This document shows, piece after piece, positions 19,985 through 30,484 of a stretch of DNA of 64,000 nt; within the stretch, counting starts at the first letter, position 1; every line of letters starts with the position of its first letter. The stretch is from Thermococcus sp. JdFR-02 (GTDB taxonomy: Archaea; Methanobacteriota_B; Thermococci; Thermococcales; Thermococcaceae). The notes under the pieces were generated by a model. It was not told the DNA's origin. It searched no databases and worked only from the letters and a program-made list of their open reading frames with translations. The DNA lies in the NCBI GenBank assembly GCA_002009975.1, contig MTLP01000031.1, positions 108,573 to 172,572 of the forward strand, read 5' to 3'. The translations under genes and the position numbers were made by a program.

Positions 19985-20961
19985 CCCCTTCCCTCTTTTT
20001 CGGTGTAGGTTTCAATACTTAAAACTCTAACCTTGGCTGGACCTCTAATAAGATAAATAGGGCTGTTCTTTTCTAAGGCTCTCTGAATCACTATCTCAGG
20101 AATATTAAATTTATCTTTGTATTTTTCCACAGCTTTAGGGTTAATCTTGTATACAGTCCTTAGAGTACCATCAAAGTTAATTGTATATTTTCCTATACCG
20201 GATATCCTGTACTTAATATCTTGAATAAGTCTACCAGCAAGATTAGAATTTTTTATAGCAACTTCTGGGGAGTATGAAGAGGGTGCATCAATTCTAATAG
20301 TCATGGCAACGTTAACACTAGTGTAAGAAGTATAATACATCTTTGATATTACTTTGAATGTTGCATAGCTTCCTCTAACTTCTACAAACCAGCGGGTAAA
20401 ATGTCCAACATCGCTCCCATATGTTGTCCATCTAAAATATACATTACCTGGGTCATTTAATACATCATATCCCTTTTTAAGGTTGTATGCAAATTGTACA
20501 GCAGTATATGCATATCCTACTCCATAGGGAAGGTTGCCAATGATAATTTCTGCAATATCTTGGGCAATGTCTTCAAAGTATCCTGCAATGCCTGAGTATG
20601 GAAATGCTCCTGCAACCTGTGGATCAGAAGGGTTTGCCAAAAATGAGAAGTCTCCTCCAACTTTTATAAGATCCACACCTTGTTTGACTATCATTCCAGG
20701 GTAGCCACCTTCTCTGTCTGCCCCAGCTGCACTCTCTTTGAATTGATATACATATCCGTATCCATCCCACCACCAATCATAGTACCTTTCCACTGCTGCA
20801 CTATTATAAGTTGTTCCTGTTCCAAGAGGACTATCATAATACCCTGTGGCAACTCCCTCACTCACTAATATCCACTCATCAATGTTGCCCTCAACATAGC
20901 TTACCTCTGCCGTCATTCCAATTATTAACAGTCCTAACAAAATTCCCAACAATCTTTTCAT
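19981..20961 (-). CDS. Secreted hypothetical protein
   Basis: Signal peptide MKRLLGILLGLLIIGMTA, GGAGGTG RBS, Tyr/Gly-rich body with a central hydrophobic segment. Confidence 0.75.
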   Translation of the reverse strand: MKRLLGILLGLLIIGMTAEVSYVEGNIDEWILVSEGVATGYYDSPLGTGTTYNSAAVERYYDWWWDGYGYVYQFKESAAGADREGGYPGMIVKQGVDLIKVGGDFSFLANPSDPQVAGAFPYSGIAGYFEDIAQDIAEIIIGNLPYGVGYAYTAVQFAYNLKKGYDVLNDPGNVYFRWTTYGSDVGHFTRWFVEVRGSYATFKVISKMYYTSYTSVNVAMTIRIDAPSSYSPEVAIKNSNLAGRLIQDIKYRISGIGKYTINFDGTLRTVYKINPKAVEKYKDKFNIPEIVIQRALEKNSPIYLIRGPAKVRVLSIETYTEKEGRG

Positions 20962-21143
20962 GCTTGCACCTCCTACCAAATATTGCAATGACAATTTTGA
21001 CTTCAAGACTTATAAATTTTTCTTTTATGAGTTGTAATATGATATACTTTTTTCCTCTTTACGAGTTTTTACTTTTCAACTATATACTCAAAAATCCTAT
21101 CAGCCAAAAGAAACCCAAGTAAAAGAATGAACAAAAACAAACA

Positions 21144-21911
21144 TTAGAACCTGAGCCTTGTGCCAACTTTCTCTCCTCGTATTGCCTTGTCCAGATTTCC
21201 TTTAACTTTTCCGTTTATGAAATAGACATCACAATACTTGGCAATTTTAAAAGCCTCTTTAAGCTTGTTATTTATTCCCCCAGTAACGTCAACTCCTGCC
21301 GAACCTTCAAGTTCTGGAATCTCTTTTATCTCTTCCAAGAGCTTTGCATCCTTGTGTTCTTTTGGATTCTTATCATAGATTCCATCGACATCCATCAAAA
21401 AGATAACTTTGCTCGGCTTAAGCATCTTTGCGAGATAGCTTACTATCTGATCTCCTGAGAGAATGTCAATTCCTTTATCCAGAGCTATTGCTGTATCTCC
21501 AAACAAAATAGGAATGAATCCTTTCTCTATTAGCCGTCTTAAAACTTCAACATCCCCATAAACAATGTGACCGTTTTCTATAAGGAATATTGAAGAAGAT
21601 GAGACCGAATAAGCTGGCAATCTTTTTTCCAAAAACACCTGAATTATCAAGTCGTTAAGCTTTAGCATAGCTTGATGAGTCTTTGAGAAGCCGATTCTCT
21701 TTCTCTCCATATCTCCAACTAAACCCTCACGAATGTTGTATTCTTTGGCATTTGGATGTCCGAAGCTTCCGCCACCGTGAACAAGGATAAAGCCTTCAGC
21801 TGGATAAAAGTGCGCAATTTCTTCTGCTATCCTTTCAACTACCTCTTTGTTAAACGAATAAGGAACGTTTTTATCGCTTATCACACTTCCACCGAGCTTT
21901 ATGAGTATCAT
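21144..21911 (-). CDS. ipk: Isopentenyl phosphate kinase
   Basis: [28 protein letters not shown]; adjacent to mvk. Confidence 0.92.
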   Translation of the reverse strand: MILIKLGGSVISDKNVPYSFNKEVVERIAEEIAHFYPAEGFILVHGGGSFGHPNAKEYNIREGLVGDMERKRIGFSKTHQAMLKLNDLIIQVFLEKRLPAYSVSSSSIFLIENGHIVYGDVEVLRRLIEKGFIPILFGDTAIALDKGIDILSGDQIVSYLAKMLKPSKVIFLMDVDGIYDKNPKEHKDAKLLEEIKEIPELEGSAGVDVTGGINNKLKEAFKIAKYCDVYFINGKVKGNLDKAIRGEKVGTRLRF

Positions 21912-22909
21912 TCAACTACCTCCTCAATTCTAAGCCCCTCTCTGCTAATCTTCGTTATCATTGGAAGTCCACCAGCGATTTTTATAGCTGTAGCAACTTC
22001 ACTTTGCTTTCCTGGAGCTAAAGCATACATACAGCCGCCACCACCAGCTCCAGTAATCTTTGCTCCCAAAGCACCGGCTTCTCTTGAGGCATACACCAAA
22101 TCGCTCAAGCTCTTAGTTGAAACTCCAAGAGCATCAAGTAAGCCATGATTAATATTCATGAGCCTTCCAAGGAGCTCAAACTTAATATCTTTGTCGTATT
22201 CTGAAAGTATAATCTCCCTAACTTTTTCCACCAATTTACCCATAGAATTTAAGATCGGATTTACTATATCAGGCATCTCTTCAAAGCTTCTCCTAACTTT
22301 AGCGACCAACTCCTTAGTGCTTCCGCTTGAACCTGTGTATCCAACAACTATTGGAAGCTCAACTACAGGTAAGCTTTCAAAATTGCCTCTTTGATAGTAA
22401 AGAAATCCACCAATTGCTGAAACTGTTGGGTCAATTCCACTCGAAGCTCCTTGAACCAAAAGCTCAACTTTGTGTCCGAGTTTGGCAATTTCTTCCTTTT
22501 TAAGCTCTAAACCTAGAAGCTTTGAAACCGCACCAATTGTTGCGACAGCTACGGCAGCTGAGCTTCCAAGCCCAGCACCAACAGGAATTTGAGAAGTTAT
22601 TGAAACAGTTACACCTTGCTTAACGCTAGCCTCTTCCAGTACAAGATTTATTGCCTCTCTTACATAGCTCAAAACTTCAGCTGCTTTTCCGTAATCTGTT
22701 TCAAAGTAAATCTCCTTATCAGAGAATGAAACCGTCAATCCCGGAACTCTTATATCTTTTGCCTCTATTCTAATTCTTCCATTTTTGTTAAATTCAGCCC
22801 AAACATAAGTCCTTAAGTCAATAGCAGCTGCTATAGCGGGTTTCCCATAAACAACACTATGCTCTCCAAAGAGAATAATCTTAGCTGGAGCTGAAGCGAG
22901 AACCCTCAT
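21908..22909 (-). CDS. mvk: Mevalonate kinase
   Basis: [42 protein letters not shown] motifs. Confidence 0.96.
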   Translation of the reverse strand: MRVLASAPAKIILFGEHSVVYGKPAIAAAIDLRTYVWAEFNKNGRIRIEAKDIRVPGLTVSFSDKEIYFETDYGKAAEVLSYVREAINLVLEEASVKQGVTVSITSQIPVGAGLGSSAAVAVATIGAVSKLLGLELKKEEIAKLGHKVELLVQGASSGIDPTVSAIGGFLYYQRGNFESLPVVELPIVVGYTGSSGSTKELVAKVRRSFEEMPDIVNPILNSMGKLVEKVREIILSEYDKDIKFELLGRLMNINHGLLDALGVSTKSLSDLVYASREAGALGAKITGAGGGGCMYALAPGKQSEVATAIKIAGGLPMITKISREGLRIEEVVE

Positions 22910-23250
22910 TTTTGTCCCTCCTTTTTAATAATTTTGACTAATTCACTCTCTAGTTTTGGCAGATCTGAGACTATAGTTTGCCAAACAATCTCTAAATCGA
23001 CTCCAAAATAAGCATGAATAAGTCTGTCTCTCATTCCAGCAACTTCTTTCCAAGGAATTTGTGGATACTTTTGCCGGATTTCTTCTGGAACATTTTTGGC
23101 AGCTTCCCCTACAACTTCCAAGTTTCTTATGACTGCGTCAATAGTCTTTTCATCTCTTATGAAATCTCCAAAAGACATACCAGCAGTGTAACGTTTTATT
23201 TTTTTAATTGAGTTAATGATATCCTCAATATATAAATATGGGTCTCTCAT
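22906..23250 (-). CDS. HEPN-domain ribonuclease toxin (DUF86/HepT-like)
   Basis: [24 protein letters not shown] (Rx4HxY). Confidence 0.9.
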   Translation of the reverse strand: MRDPYLYIEDIINSIKKIKRYTAGMSFGDFIRDEKTIDAVIRNLEVVGEAAKNVPEEIRQKYPQIPWKEVAGMRDRLIHAYFGVDLEIVWQTIVSDLPKLESELVKIIKKEGQK

Positions 23251-23540
23251 ACGTATTTCACCTCTTGGAGAATTTGCTTTCTAATTCGTTTCTTCAATGC
23301 TTTTTTTGTGACCAAATCAACTTTAACTCCAAGTAAATTTTCGAGATACTCTTGGAGCCTGATAAACTCAATGAATCCAATAGGCCTGTGAAATTCAACT
23401 AAAATGTCAATATCACTTGTTTCCTTTTGTTCTCCTCTTAAATACGACCCAAAGATACCAATTCTCTTAACTCCAAATTTTTTATAAAGCTCTTTTTTAT
23501 GGGAAGTGAGAGTCTTTTGTATATCTTCAAGGGTTCTCAT
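23247..23540 (-). CDS. Minimal nucleotidyltransferase antitoxin (MNT)
   Basis: FGSYLRGEQKETSDIDILV (GSx10DxD), LGVKVDLV; coupled to the HEPN gene. Confidence 0.9.
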   Translation of the reverse strand: MRTLEDIQKTLTSHKKELYKKFGVKRIGIFGSYLRGEQKETSDIDILVEFHRPIGFIEFIRLQEYLENLLGVKVDLVTKKALKKRIRKQILQEVKYV

Positions 23541-23914
23541 TCTATCGCCTCCAAACCAATGTAGTCATAGTAATAACACTTAAAATCTTCGAATTCTTCA
23601 ATGGTTCTGTATGTGATGTCATGCAAAAACTCCCAATCCCTGCAGAACAGTACAACACCCTCTAGGCATTCCTTTCTAAGAAAGAGAGGTAGCAAGTTGA
23701 AAATCTGTATGTCGTAGTTATCTGGAAACTCTCCAAGAATCTTTATTCTGAATTCAAAAGCCTCTCTCTTTGTACCTTCATAATAAATGCACAAATCAAC
23801 ATCACCGTCCCTTCGAGCCTCTCCTCTCGCGTGAGAACCATACAGAATTATGAATTTAACTTTTCCCTCTTTATCAAGAGCAAGTATTTTCCTTACTGCG
23901 TCTTCAATCCTCAT
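23537..23914 (-). CDS. Second nucleotidyltransferase-domain protein (MntA-like)
   Basis: LYGSHARGEARRDGDVDLC (GSx10DxD), YDIQIFNLLP. Confidence 0.85.
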   Translation of the reverse strand: MRIEDAVRKILALDKEGKVKFIILYGSHARGEARRDGDVDLCIYYEGTKREAFEFRIKILGEFPDNYDIQIFNLLPLFLRKECLEGVVLFCRDWEFLHDITYRTIEEFEDFKCYYYDYIGLEAIE

Positions 23915-23968
23915 GGTTTAGAGTACGTTCATTGAATTTATTTTCCTTTTGGTTGTTCACTGGGAAAT

Positions 23969-24415
23969 TCAGGATATCCTTCGGATTACTTCTTTTAGAT
24001 ATTGAAACCATACAAGGATTGTGCCCCCAATGGCAAATATAAAAACGAATAAGCCTATGACATTTACAAGCCAGTGCATTTCAAATGTACTGCAGGAAGA
24101 ACAGCATTTCCTCGTTAAGTACTTTATACCAATGCCATATCCAGGTAACGCAGCTAAACCTAAGAGAACTGTTCCGCCTAAAGCTTTTACAGATGAGCTG
24201 TTGATCTCGGGGTAAAGTATAGCAAATAATATCAGCACTCCACCGACTATAAGGAAATACATGGCAGACTTTAAGATAAGTTCCACAGCATCTGAGTCAT
24301 TGAAATAAGGATTATTCAGGTTAAGCAAAAATTCCAGCAGGTAAGCAACAGCAAGTATAAAAAGAAGAAAGCCTACACCTTTAAGCAATTTTTGGGCTAT
24401 ACCATCAATCTCCAT
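23969..24415 (-). CDS. Hypothetical 4-TM membrane protein
   Basis: Four hydrophobic segments, CCSSC in a loop, GGGTG RBS. Confidence 0.65.
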   Translation of the reverse strand: MEIDGIAQKLLKGVGFLLFILAVAYLLEFLLNLNNPYFNDSDAVELILKSAMYFLIVGGVLILFAILYPEINSSSVKALGGTVLLGLAALPGYGIGIKYLTRKCCSSCSTFEMHWLVNVIGLFVFIFAIGGTILVWFQYLKEVIRRIS

Positions 24416-24439
24416 GTTGTTAACACCCTTATGACTTTT

Positions 24440-25318
24440 TCACGCCCTCCTCACAACAATTGAAGCATAGCCAACTATCGCATCTGTGCTTCTGCTAACT
24501 TCATAACTTGTCGTATAGTGCAAAAGTTCTGCTTCATTAGCTTTGGCTAAGCGAGAGTAAACTATTGCTGCTGCAACTCCACCGGGTCCACACATAGTGT
24601 GATTCATCTCTCTAATCTCTCTAAACATTTCCTTATAATCAAGATTTAAGATCTGTCTAATTACCCTAAAGTCCCACTCCTTAATCCTACCAACCAAATC
24701 TTCTCCCCTCGCTCTGAATGGAACATATCCATAAGCATAGCCATAGTGCATCATGTCTGTGCTCGCTATTACCACGATATCCCTTCCAAGCTCTTTTTGA
24801 GCTTCAAAAATGGCTTTACCTAAATCTTCAGCAACTTCTTCATCTTGAATTCCCAAAGTTATTGGTACAATTTTGACTTCTTTCCCTGCTTTATCGGCTA
24901 TGTATTGAATGAAAGGGAGCTGAACCTCAAGAGAATGTTCATATTTATGAGCCAGCTCATCTAAGTCAGCTATTCTAGAGTGCTTTGCTATTGACCTTGC
25001 AAGCTCTTTATCAACCTCAACTTCGCCTAAAGGTGTAATCCATTCTCCTTCCGGATAAATGGCTATTGGAGAACCCATACCAGTATGATTTGGACCCAAA
25101 ATGACAAATGCCTCTGGAATGCCGTCCTCATAAATCGCTTTAAATGTTCTTGAGGCTGTGAAGCCTGAAAAGATGTAGCCTGCATGGGGAGCAACTCCTG
25201 CTTTTATGTCTCTCTTCTCACCAAGTTTTCCTAAATCTTCAAAAAAACGCTCAAGCATTACTAAAAGCTCCTCACCAGCAGGATAAAAACTACCTGCAAC
25301 AACTGGATATCTTCTCAT
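24440..25318 (-). CDS. MEMO1 family protein (AmmeMemoRadiSam system protein B)
   Basis: [49 protein letters not shown]. Confidence 0.92.
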   Translation of the reverse strand: MRRYPVVAGSFYPAGEELLVMLERFFEDLGKLGEKRDIKAGVAPHAGYIFSGFTASRTFKAIYEDGIPEAFVILGPNHTGMGSPIAIYPEGEWITPLGEVEVDKELARSIAKHSRIADLDELAHKYEHSLEVQLPFIQYIADKAGKEVKIVPITLGIQDEEVAEDLGKAIFEAQKELGRDIVVIASTDMMHYGYAYGYVPFRARGEDLVGRIKEWDFRVIRQILNLDYKEMFREIREMNHTMCGPGGVAAAIVYSRLAKANEAELLHYTTSYEVSRSTDAIVGYASIVVRRA

Positions 25319-25365
25319 GAACATCACCAAAAGAAAATTAGCAAAAGAGGTTTATAGTATTTAGG

Positions 25366-26070
25366 TTAACTCTCCATCCACTCAGCTTTTCTAAAAGCTA
25401 AGTATCCAAAAGCAGAGAAGAGCACAAAAAGATAAGCAGAACTCCATGGTAAAGCATTTCCTATATTCAAAGCTTCCCTCATAAGTAAAGCCATGTGAGT
25501 TGTCGGAGAAAGCAAAGCCAGCTTTTGGAAAAAGAATGGAAGCTTTTCAATTGGATAATAAACGGGTGAAAACAGTGTTAAGACTATGTACAGCGTATCT
25601 GTCACTCTAAAGGCTGATATGACATCCTTAATCTTAGTTGCAAGATAAAAACCTAAAAAGACGAAAGAAAGCCAAGAAAAGGTAAAAATTATGAGAAGAT
25701 AAGTCAAGCTGAGAATATTTGAATTTGTGAAAAGAACAATTAAAGCCAAAGCGACCAAAATTTGAACAAAAGAGCTGAAAGAAAAACCAATCGCTGTTGC
25801 GATGGTGAATTTTATAGGGTTTAGAGGTGTTGCAACGAGTAAATCCTTAAATTTTGAGCGGTAAAAAGCATTAAAATCAATGGGGATTTGTAAAATTCCA
25901 GGAGAAATTGCCATGTTTACAAAGGCTCCCACTAAAGCGTAAGGAAGATACTCTTTTCCTCCAATAAAGACCAAAATCAATACAAAACCAAAAACTCTGA
26001 GGAAAGCGTTAATTACTGTAAGCCTCTTTCTAAAGTATGCTTTGGCATAGAACTCAAGGATTTCAAGCAT
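25366..26070 (-). CDS. ABC-2 type exporter permease
   Basis: About six TM helices, SPVYYPIEKLP..ALLSPTTH motif. Confidence 0.8.
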   Translation of the reverse strand: MLEILEFYAKAYFRKRLTVINAFLRVFGFVLILVFIGGKEYLPYALVGAFVNMAISPGILQIPIDFNAFYRSKFKDLLVATPLNPIKFTIATAIGFSFSSFVQILVALALIVLFTNSNILSLTYLLIIFTFSWLSFVFLGFYLATKIKDVISAFRVTDTLYIVLTLFSPVYYPIEKLPFFFQKLALLSPTTHMALLMREALNIGNALPWSSAYLFVLFSAFGYLAFRKAEWMES

Positions 26071-26071
26071 T

Positions 26072-26938
26072 TCAATCACCTACATAAAATAAGTCCTCTA
26101 AACCAATTTCCTTGATCTCAAAGATGTAACCTAAGGTCAAAAGCTCATCTTCAATCTTTCTAGGCTCTTCGTAGATATAAGCAAAGTTCCCTATTATCCT
26201 TGCATTTGGAAATAACTCTAAGATCTTTGCGTCAGCATTTTTGACAATAACTTTAAGCTTTAAATTACCAAAAGCTTTTTTCAAAAGCTCTTTTGGCTTT
26301 CCATGCTCAGTTATTTGTCCTTCTTTCATTAAAAACACTTTATCAGCTAAGAGAGCGATTTCATCTAAATAATGGCTCGTTAGGATCACACCACTATTCT
26401 CAAGCTTTTCTTGAATTAAGCTCCAAACTAAGTTCCTCGATATTGGATCCAAGCCTACGGTAGGTTCATCTAAAAAATAAAGCTTTGAATCACTTGATAA
26501 AACCATGGCTAAGAAAACCCTTCTCTGCATTCCACCAGAAAGGTTTTGGATTTCTTTATTTGGAATCTCAAGCCTCTCGATTATTTCTCTAGCTCTTCTC
26601 TCTGCTTGAGTCTTATTTATCCCTCTAATCCTCAAATAGAAAGTTATGTAGTCAAAGGGAGTAAGTGAGTATAGATAAGGTCGTATATCTTGAGGAAGAA
26701 TTGCTATTAATCTTCTAATCTCTCTTGCATTTCTAATGATGTCTTTACCAAAGAGAAAAGCCCTTCCAGAGGTTGGTTTTAACTGTGTTGAAAGAATTCT
26801 AACTAAAGTGGTTTTTCCAGCACCATTTTCTCCAATAAAGCTTAAAACTTTTCCTTCAATTTCTTCCTCCAAATTTATTCCCTTTAAAGCCTCAACTCCA
26901 TTTGAGTAAACCTTTCTAAGGTTTTCAAGCTTAAGCAT
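26072..26938 (-). CDS. ABC exporter ATP-binding protein
   Basis: GENGAGKTT, LSGGM signature, FLDEPTVGLD, TSHYLDE. Confidence 0.92.
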   Translation of the reverse strand: MLKLENLRKVYSNGVEALKGINLEEEIEGKVLSFIGENGAGKTTLVRILSTQLKPTSGRAFLFGKDIIRNAREIRRLIAILPQDIRPYLYSLTPFDYITFYLRIRGINKTQAERRAREIIERLEIPNKEIQNLSGGMQRRVFLAMVLSSDSKLYFLDEPTVGLDPISRNLVWSLIQEKLENSGVILTSHYLDEIALLADKVFLMKEGQITEHGKPKELLKKAFGNLKLKVIVKNADAKILELFPNARIIGNFAYIYEEPRKIEDELLTLGYIFEIKEIGLEDLFYVGD

Positions 26939-27024
26939 GTCTCATCAAACTATTTTAAAAAAGCAGGGGTTAAAAACTCTTTCGTAGATAAAACAAAGCT
27001 TAAGAGAAAAGAAAAGCTGAAAGC

Positions 27025-27630
27025 TCAAGTTCTAATAATTCTCATTTCAAAGTCTTCAACAGGAACTTTGAAGTCTTCTCTGCTTTGAATAACCCCTCTA
27101 TTGAGTAAGATTTCCCTAGCTAAAATCCAGTATATCAATGCTAAGGCTTTTCTACCTTTGTTGTTTGTTGGTATTGCCAAATCAACGTAGCTCAATAGAT
27201 TTTCCGTATCAACCAAGGCAACAATTGGAATTCCAATTTCAATTGCTTCCTTTATTGCTTGATGATCAGCTCTTGGATCCGTGACTATTAAAACGTCTGG
27301 CTCAAAGAAGTTCTTAACTGCTGGATTTGTCATCGTTCCTGGTAAAAATCTCCCTGGAATTGCTTTTGCCCCAGTTACTTCACCAAATTTCTTGACTGGT
27401 TTTTGACCATAAAGTCTAACTGAAACTGCCAAGATTTTTTCCGGATCAAACTTTGCAAGGAATTTTCCTGCAACCCTTAACCTTTCATCTGTCTTTCTAA
27501 CATCTAACACATACAAACCATCTTGTCTTACCCTGTAAATGAACTTCTTCATATCCTTTGTCTTTTGTTGGGTTCCAATATGTATTCCCGCTGCCAAGTA
27601 CAAGTCGAGAGGAACTAAATACTCTTCCAT
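27025..27630 (-). CDS. rps2: 30S ribosomal protein S2
   Basis: [31 protein letters not shown]. Confidence 0.96.
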   Translation of the reverse strand: MEEYLVPLDLYLAAGIHIGTQQKTKDMKKFIYRVRQDGLYVLDVRKTDERLRVAGKFLAKFDPEKILAVSVRLYGQKPVKKFGEVTGAKAIPGRFLPGTMTNPAVKNFFEPDVLIVTDPRADHQAIKEAIEIGIPIVALVDTENLLSYVDLAIPTNNKGRKALALIYWILAREILLNRGVIQSREDFKVPVEDFEMRIIRT

Positions 27631-27635
27631 CTTTT

Positions 27636-28664
27636 TCACCCCTCAAAAGTTATTATCCTTCCTTTTTCACCCAAATCCTCTGCAATCCTAATCAATTCAT
27701 TTATTTTAGCAAGCGAATCTTTGTTCAGTAATATTGCGGGGCATTTGAACCCCACTGCAAGATGAGACAAAGCCTCATCAGCCGACTCAAAAGTTGCCTC
27801 AGCTAGGATTGGCATTATTCTTTCGGATTTAGCGTCATTAACCAAGTTGTAAACATCTGTGAGAGTTCCTAAATTGATAGGTTTTATTGAAAGCGTGTTG
27901 TAATATCTCCTATCTAAAATGTCCTTTGAGCGGAATAGGTTCTCTCCATCAACAAAGACCCCATGAGTGCTTGCTATTAATTCTAAATAAACCTCTTCAT
28001 CGTCTCCAAAAGGTTTGATGTAAACAATGTTGTTATCCTCAACTAATCTCAACAACTCCTCAAGTTCAATTGGTTTAAGCTGGACTAGACCTAATGCTAC
28101 TTCCAATCCCAACTCTTCTCCAGCTTTTTCTGAAGCTTTTGAAAGCTCTTCAATTGTCAAATTCTTTGAATGCTCTTCAATCTTGACAACTGCATCAATA
28201 ACGTCACTAATTTCCATCAAGTCTTTAACCATAACAAAATACTCAAAGTTTTCATCCTTAGCAAATCCTATTAAAGGAACCGGCAGTTCTGTTGTAAATG
28301 TTCCTCCTAAGTAAGTGTATAAGGGTATTCTTTTGACATTTGAAGCGGCTTTAGCAACTGCAATTGAAACTGCTAAAGCTGTGTTTGCTCCAATGTGACT
28401 TAAATTGTCAGTTCCATCAATTTCCCACAAATAGGAGTCAATTAGCTCTTGATCTTGGGCATCAAAACCTACCAGCTCTGGACCAATTATCTCATCAACT
28501 TCACTAACAGCTCTATGGGCTTCGACTATATACAATGAAGGATTTTCCTCAACTGGAGCAGCAAATCTACCAAATCCACTACTTGTAATCACGTCAACTT
28601 CAATTGAGTATTTGCCGCCTCTGAGTATTGCCAACCTTCCAGTAATGTTCTCTATTATTGTCAT
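27636..28664 (-). CDS. Enolase-like protein with a degenerate active site
   Basis: Enolase N-domain features ([25 protein letters not shown]) but no SGASTG or SHRSGE motif; occupies the eno position between rpoK and rps2. Confidence 0.75.
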   Translation of the reverse strand: MTIIENITGRLAILRGGKYSIEVDVITSSGFGRFAAPVEENPSLYIVEAHRAVSEVDEIIGPELVGFDAQDQELIDSYLWEIDGTDNLSHIGANTALAVSIAVAKAASNVKRIPLYTYLGGTFTTELPVPLIGFAKDENFEYFVMVKDLMEISDVIDAVVKIEEHSKNLTIEELSKASEKAGEELGLEVALGLVQLKPIELEELLRLVEDNNIVYIKPFGDDEEVYLELIASTHGVFVDGENLFRSKDILDRRYYNTLSIKPINLGTLTDVYNLVNDAKSERIMPILAEATFESADEALSHLAVGFKCPAILLNKDSLAKINELIRIAEDLGEKGRIITFEG

Positions 28665-28673
28665 TTAATCACC

Positions 28674-28847
28674 TTAACTTGCCCTTATAACGGTTATTGG
28701 GATTACACCCTTTTCAAACTCAAGTATTGCGGCGTCTAGTGGGGTTATGCCCTCTGGTACATTAATTAACACTGGAGCGCCCATAGCTATCTGTAATGCC
28801 CTTGCTCCTATTATACGAGCCTTCTCAAATCTTGTGTACTTAAACAT
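28674..28847 (-). CDS. rpoK: RNA polymerase subunit K (Rpo6)
   Basis: [22 protein letters not shown]. Confidence 0.95.
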   Translation of the reverse strand: MFKYTRFEKARIIGARALQIAMGAPVLINVPEGITPLDAAILEFEKGVIPITVIRAS

Positions 28848-28868
28848 GTTTATCACCTATGCAAATTT

Positions 28869-28946
28869 TGGTGGGGCCGCCGGGATTTGAACCCGGGTCT
28901 CCGGCGCCCCAGGCCGAGAGGATGGACCAAGCTACCCCACGGCCCC
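28869..28946 (-). tRNA. tRNA-Pro (anticodon GGG), CCA encoded
   Basis: GGGGCCG/CGGCCCC acceptor stem, anticodon loop CUGGGGC, GUUCAAAUC T-loop, ends ACCA. Confidence 0.95.
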
Positions 28947-28965
28947 ACCTAAAGAAATGTGGTTT

Positions 28966-29163
28966 TTAATATACTCTATAGTACATTATGTCATCGATAA
29001 GCTCAACATGAGTGAGCAACATTCTTCTACAGCAGTATCTTTCCAAACCTAAATCATCGAGCACTTTTTCTGGATCCTCTCCTTTTTCAACGCGCTCTTT
29101 AAATATGTAGTATTTATCACCTATGACCTTCCCACAGGTAAAACACCTTACAGGAATTATCAA
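28966..29163 (-). CDS. rpoN: RNA polymerase subunit N (Rpo10)
   Basis: [18 protein letters not shown]; TTG start after AGGTGA RBS. Confidence 0.95.
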   Translation of the reverse strand: MIIPVRCFTCGKVIGDKYYIFKERVEKGEDPEKVLDDLGLERYCCRRMLLTHVELIDDIMYYRVY

Positions 29164-29208
29164 CCAAATCACCTTCTAAAGTTTTAAATGAAATTTAACA
29201 AAGGAAAG

Positions 29209-29616
29209 CTAACGGTAGCTCTTTTGTCTCTTAGCTCTTGGACCCTTTGTTGATCTATTTGGCTTGTGAGGCTCTGTTCTTCTTGAGTCACCAACGAGCA
29301 TTGTTCTATCGTATTGCATGTACTTCTCTTTAAGGTTCATATCACCAGTCCACTCAACTAAAGCCCTAGCTATTGCAACCCTTGCAGCTTCAGCTTGACC
29401 CATGAACCCTCCACCACTAACTTTAACGTCAATGTCGACTTTGTTAACTATCTCTTCACCAGCCAAGAGAAGGGGCTCAATAATTGTGAACCTTGCAATT
29501 TCTGGCTCAATAATCTCAACCGGCTTTCCATTAATTCTAATCCTACCTTTTCCTTCTCTTATTGTCGCCCTTGCAATTGCACTCTTTCTCTTTCCAGCAG
29601 TTTGGATAACTTTCAT
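29209..29616 (-). CDS. rps9: 30S ribosomal protein S9
   Basis: [29 protein letters not shown]. Confidence 0.96.
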   Translation of the reverse strand: MKVIQTAGKRKSAIARATIREGKGRIRINGKPVEIIEPEIARFTIIEPLLLAGEEIVNKVDIDVKVSGGGFMGQAEAARVAIARALVEWTGDMNLKEKYMQYDRTMLVGDSRRTEPHKPNRSTKGPRAKRQKSYR

Positions 29617-29626
29617 GAGCATCACC

Positions 29627-30055
29627 TCAGAACTTTCCACCTAAATATCTCGCAACCTCACCAACTGTAACATACTTTGGTGTTTTAAGCCTTGACATGT
29701 GTGCCTCCATTATTGTTTCAAATTCCTTTCCTTCGAACTCCTTTGGAACTCCTGCATAAACTTTTAGTCTCTTGTATGCTTTCCTTCCTCTATCTGTTTT
29801 CCATGGAAGCATTCCTCTAACGGTTCTCTTAACTATCTCATCGCTCCTCTTCGGGTAAAATGGACCCTTTCTTGGATTTGTTAATGTTCTTAAGCCAATC
29901 CTTTGCTTGTACTTAGCAAATATGAATTCTTTGTTTCCAGTGATTATTGCCTTGTCAGCGTTAACTATGATAACTTCTTCACCTTCAAGAAGCATTTTAG
30001 CAACTTTTGAGGCTAATCTCCCAAGGATTAAACCCTCAGCGTTAATAATTCTCAT
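29627..30055 (-). CDS. rpl13: 50S ribosomal protein L13
   Basis: [19 protein letters not shown]. Confidence 0.96.
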   Translation of the reverse strand: MRIINAEGLILGRLASKVAKMLLEGEEVIIVNADKAIITGNKEFIFAKYKQRIGLRTLTNPRKGPFYPKRSDEIVKRTVRGMLPWKTDRGRKAYKRLKVYAGVPKEFEGKEFETIMEAHMSRLKTPKYVTVGEVARYLGGKF

Positions 30056-30061
30056 GGCACA

Positions 30062-30424
30062 TCACTCCATTATGATTACTCCACTACCTTTTGGATTCCT
30101 TTCAATTAACTCTTCAATTGTTATTGCCTCTCCACCAGCGTTGATAATCTTTTCCTTTGCTGTTTCACTGAATTGCCATGCTGCAACTATAACTTTGTGT
30201 TCAAGCCTTCCTGCACCTAAAACTTTCCCTGGAACAATAACCATGTCTCCTTCCTTAGTATAACGGTTGATCTTACTTACATTAACTTCCGCTCTCTGTC
30301 TCCTTGGTCTTTCTAAGCGCCAAGCTATATCCTTCCAAATCTTAACATTCTCTTCGTTTGACTTTTTCTTCAAATACCTAATGAGCCTTCTCAAATTAAC
30401 ATCTGTCGGACCAGTCCTTTTCAT
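30062..30424 (-). CDS. rpl18e: 50S ribosomal protein L18e
   Basis: [31 protein letters not shown]. Confidence 0.95.
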   Translation of the reverse strand: MKRTGPTDVNLRRLIRYLKKKSNEENVKIWKDIAWRLERPRRQRAEVNVSKINRYTKEGDMVIVPGKVLGAGRLEHKVIVAAWQFSETAKEKIINAGGEAITIEELIERNPKGSGVIIME

Positions 30425-30484
30425 GAGCATTCCTCCATAAGAGCTTTTCCTTTCTCGCACCGAGGGACGGGGTGATCATTATTT

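Noticed and set aside
23926-23938. TTCA-T-TGAA palindrome upstream of the first MNT as a TA operator
   Set aside because: Only 4-bp arms in AT-rich DNA, expected by chance
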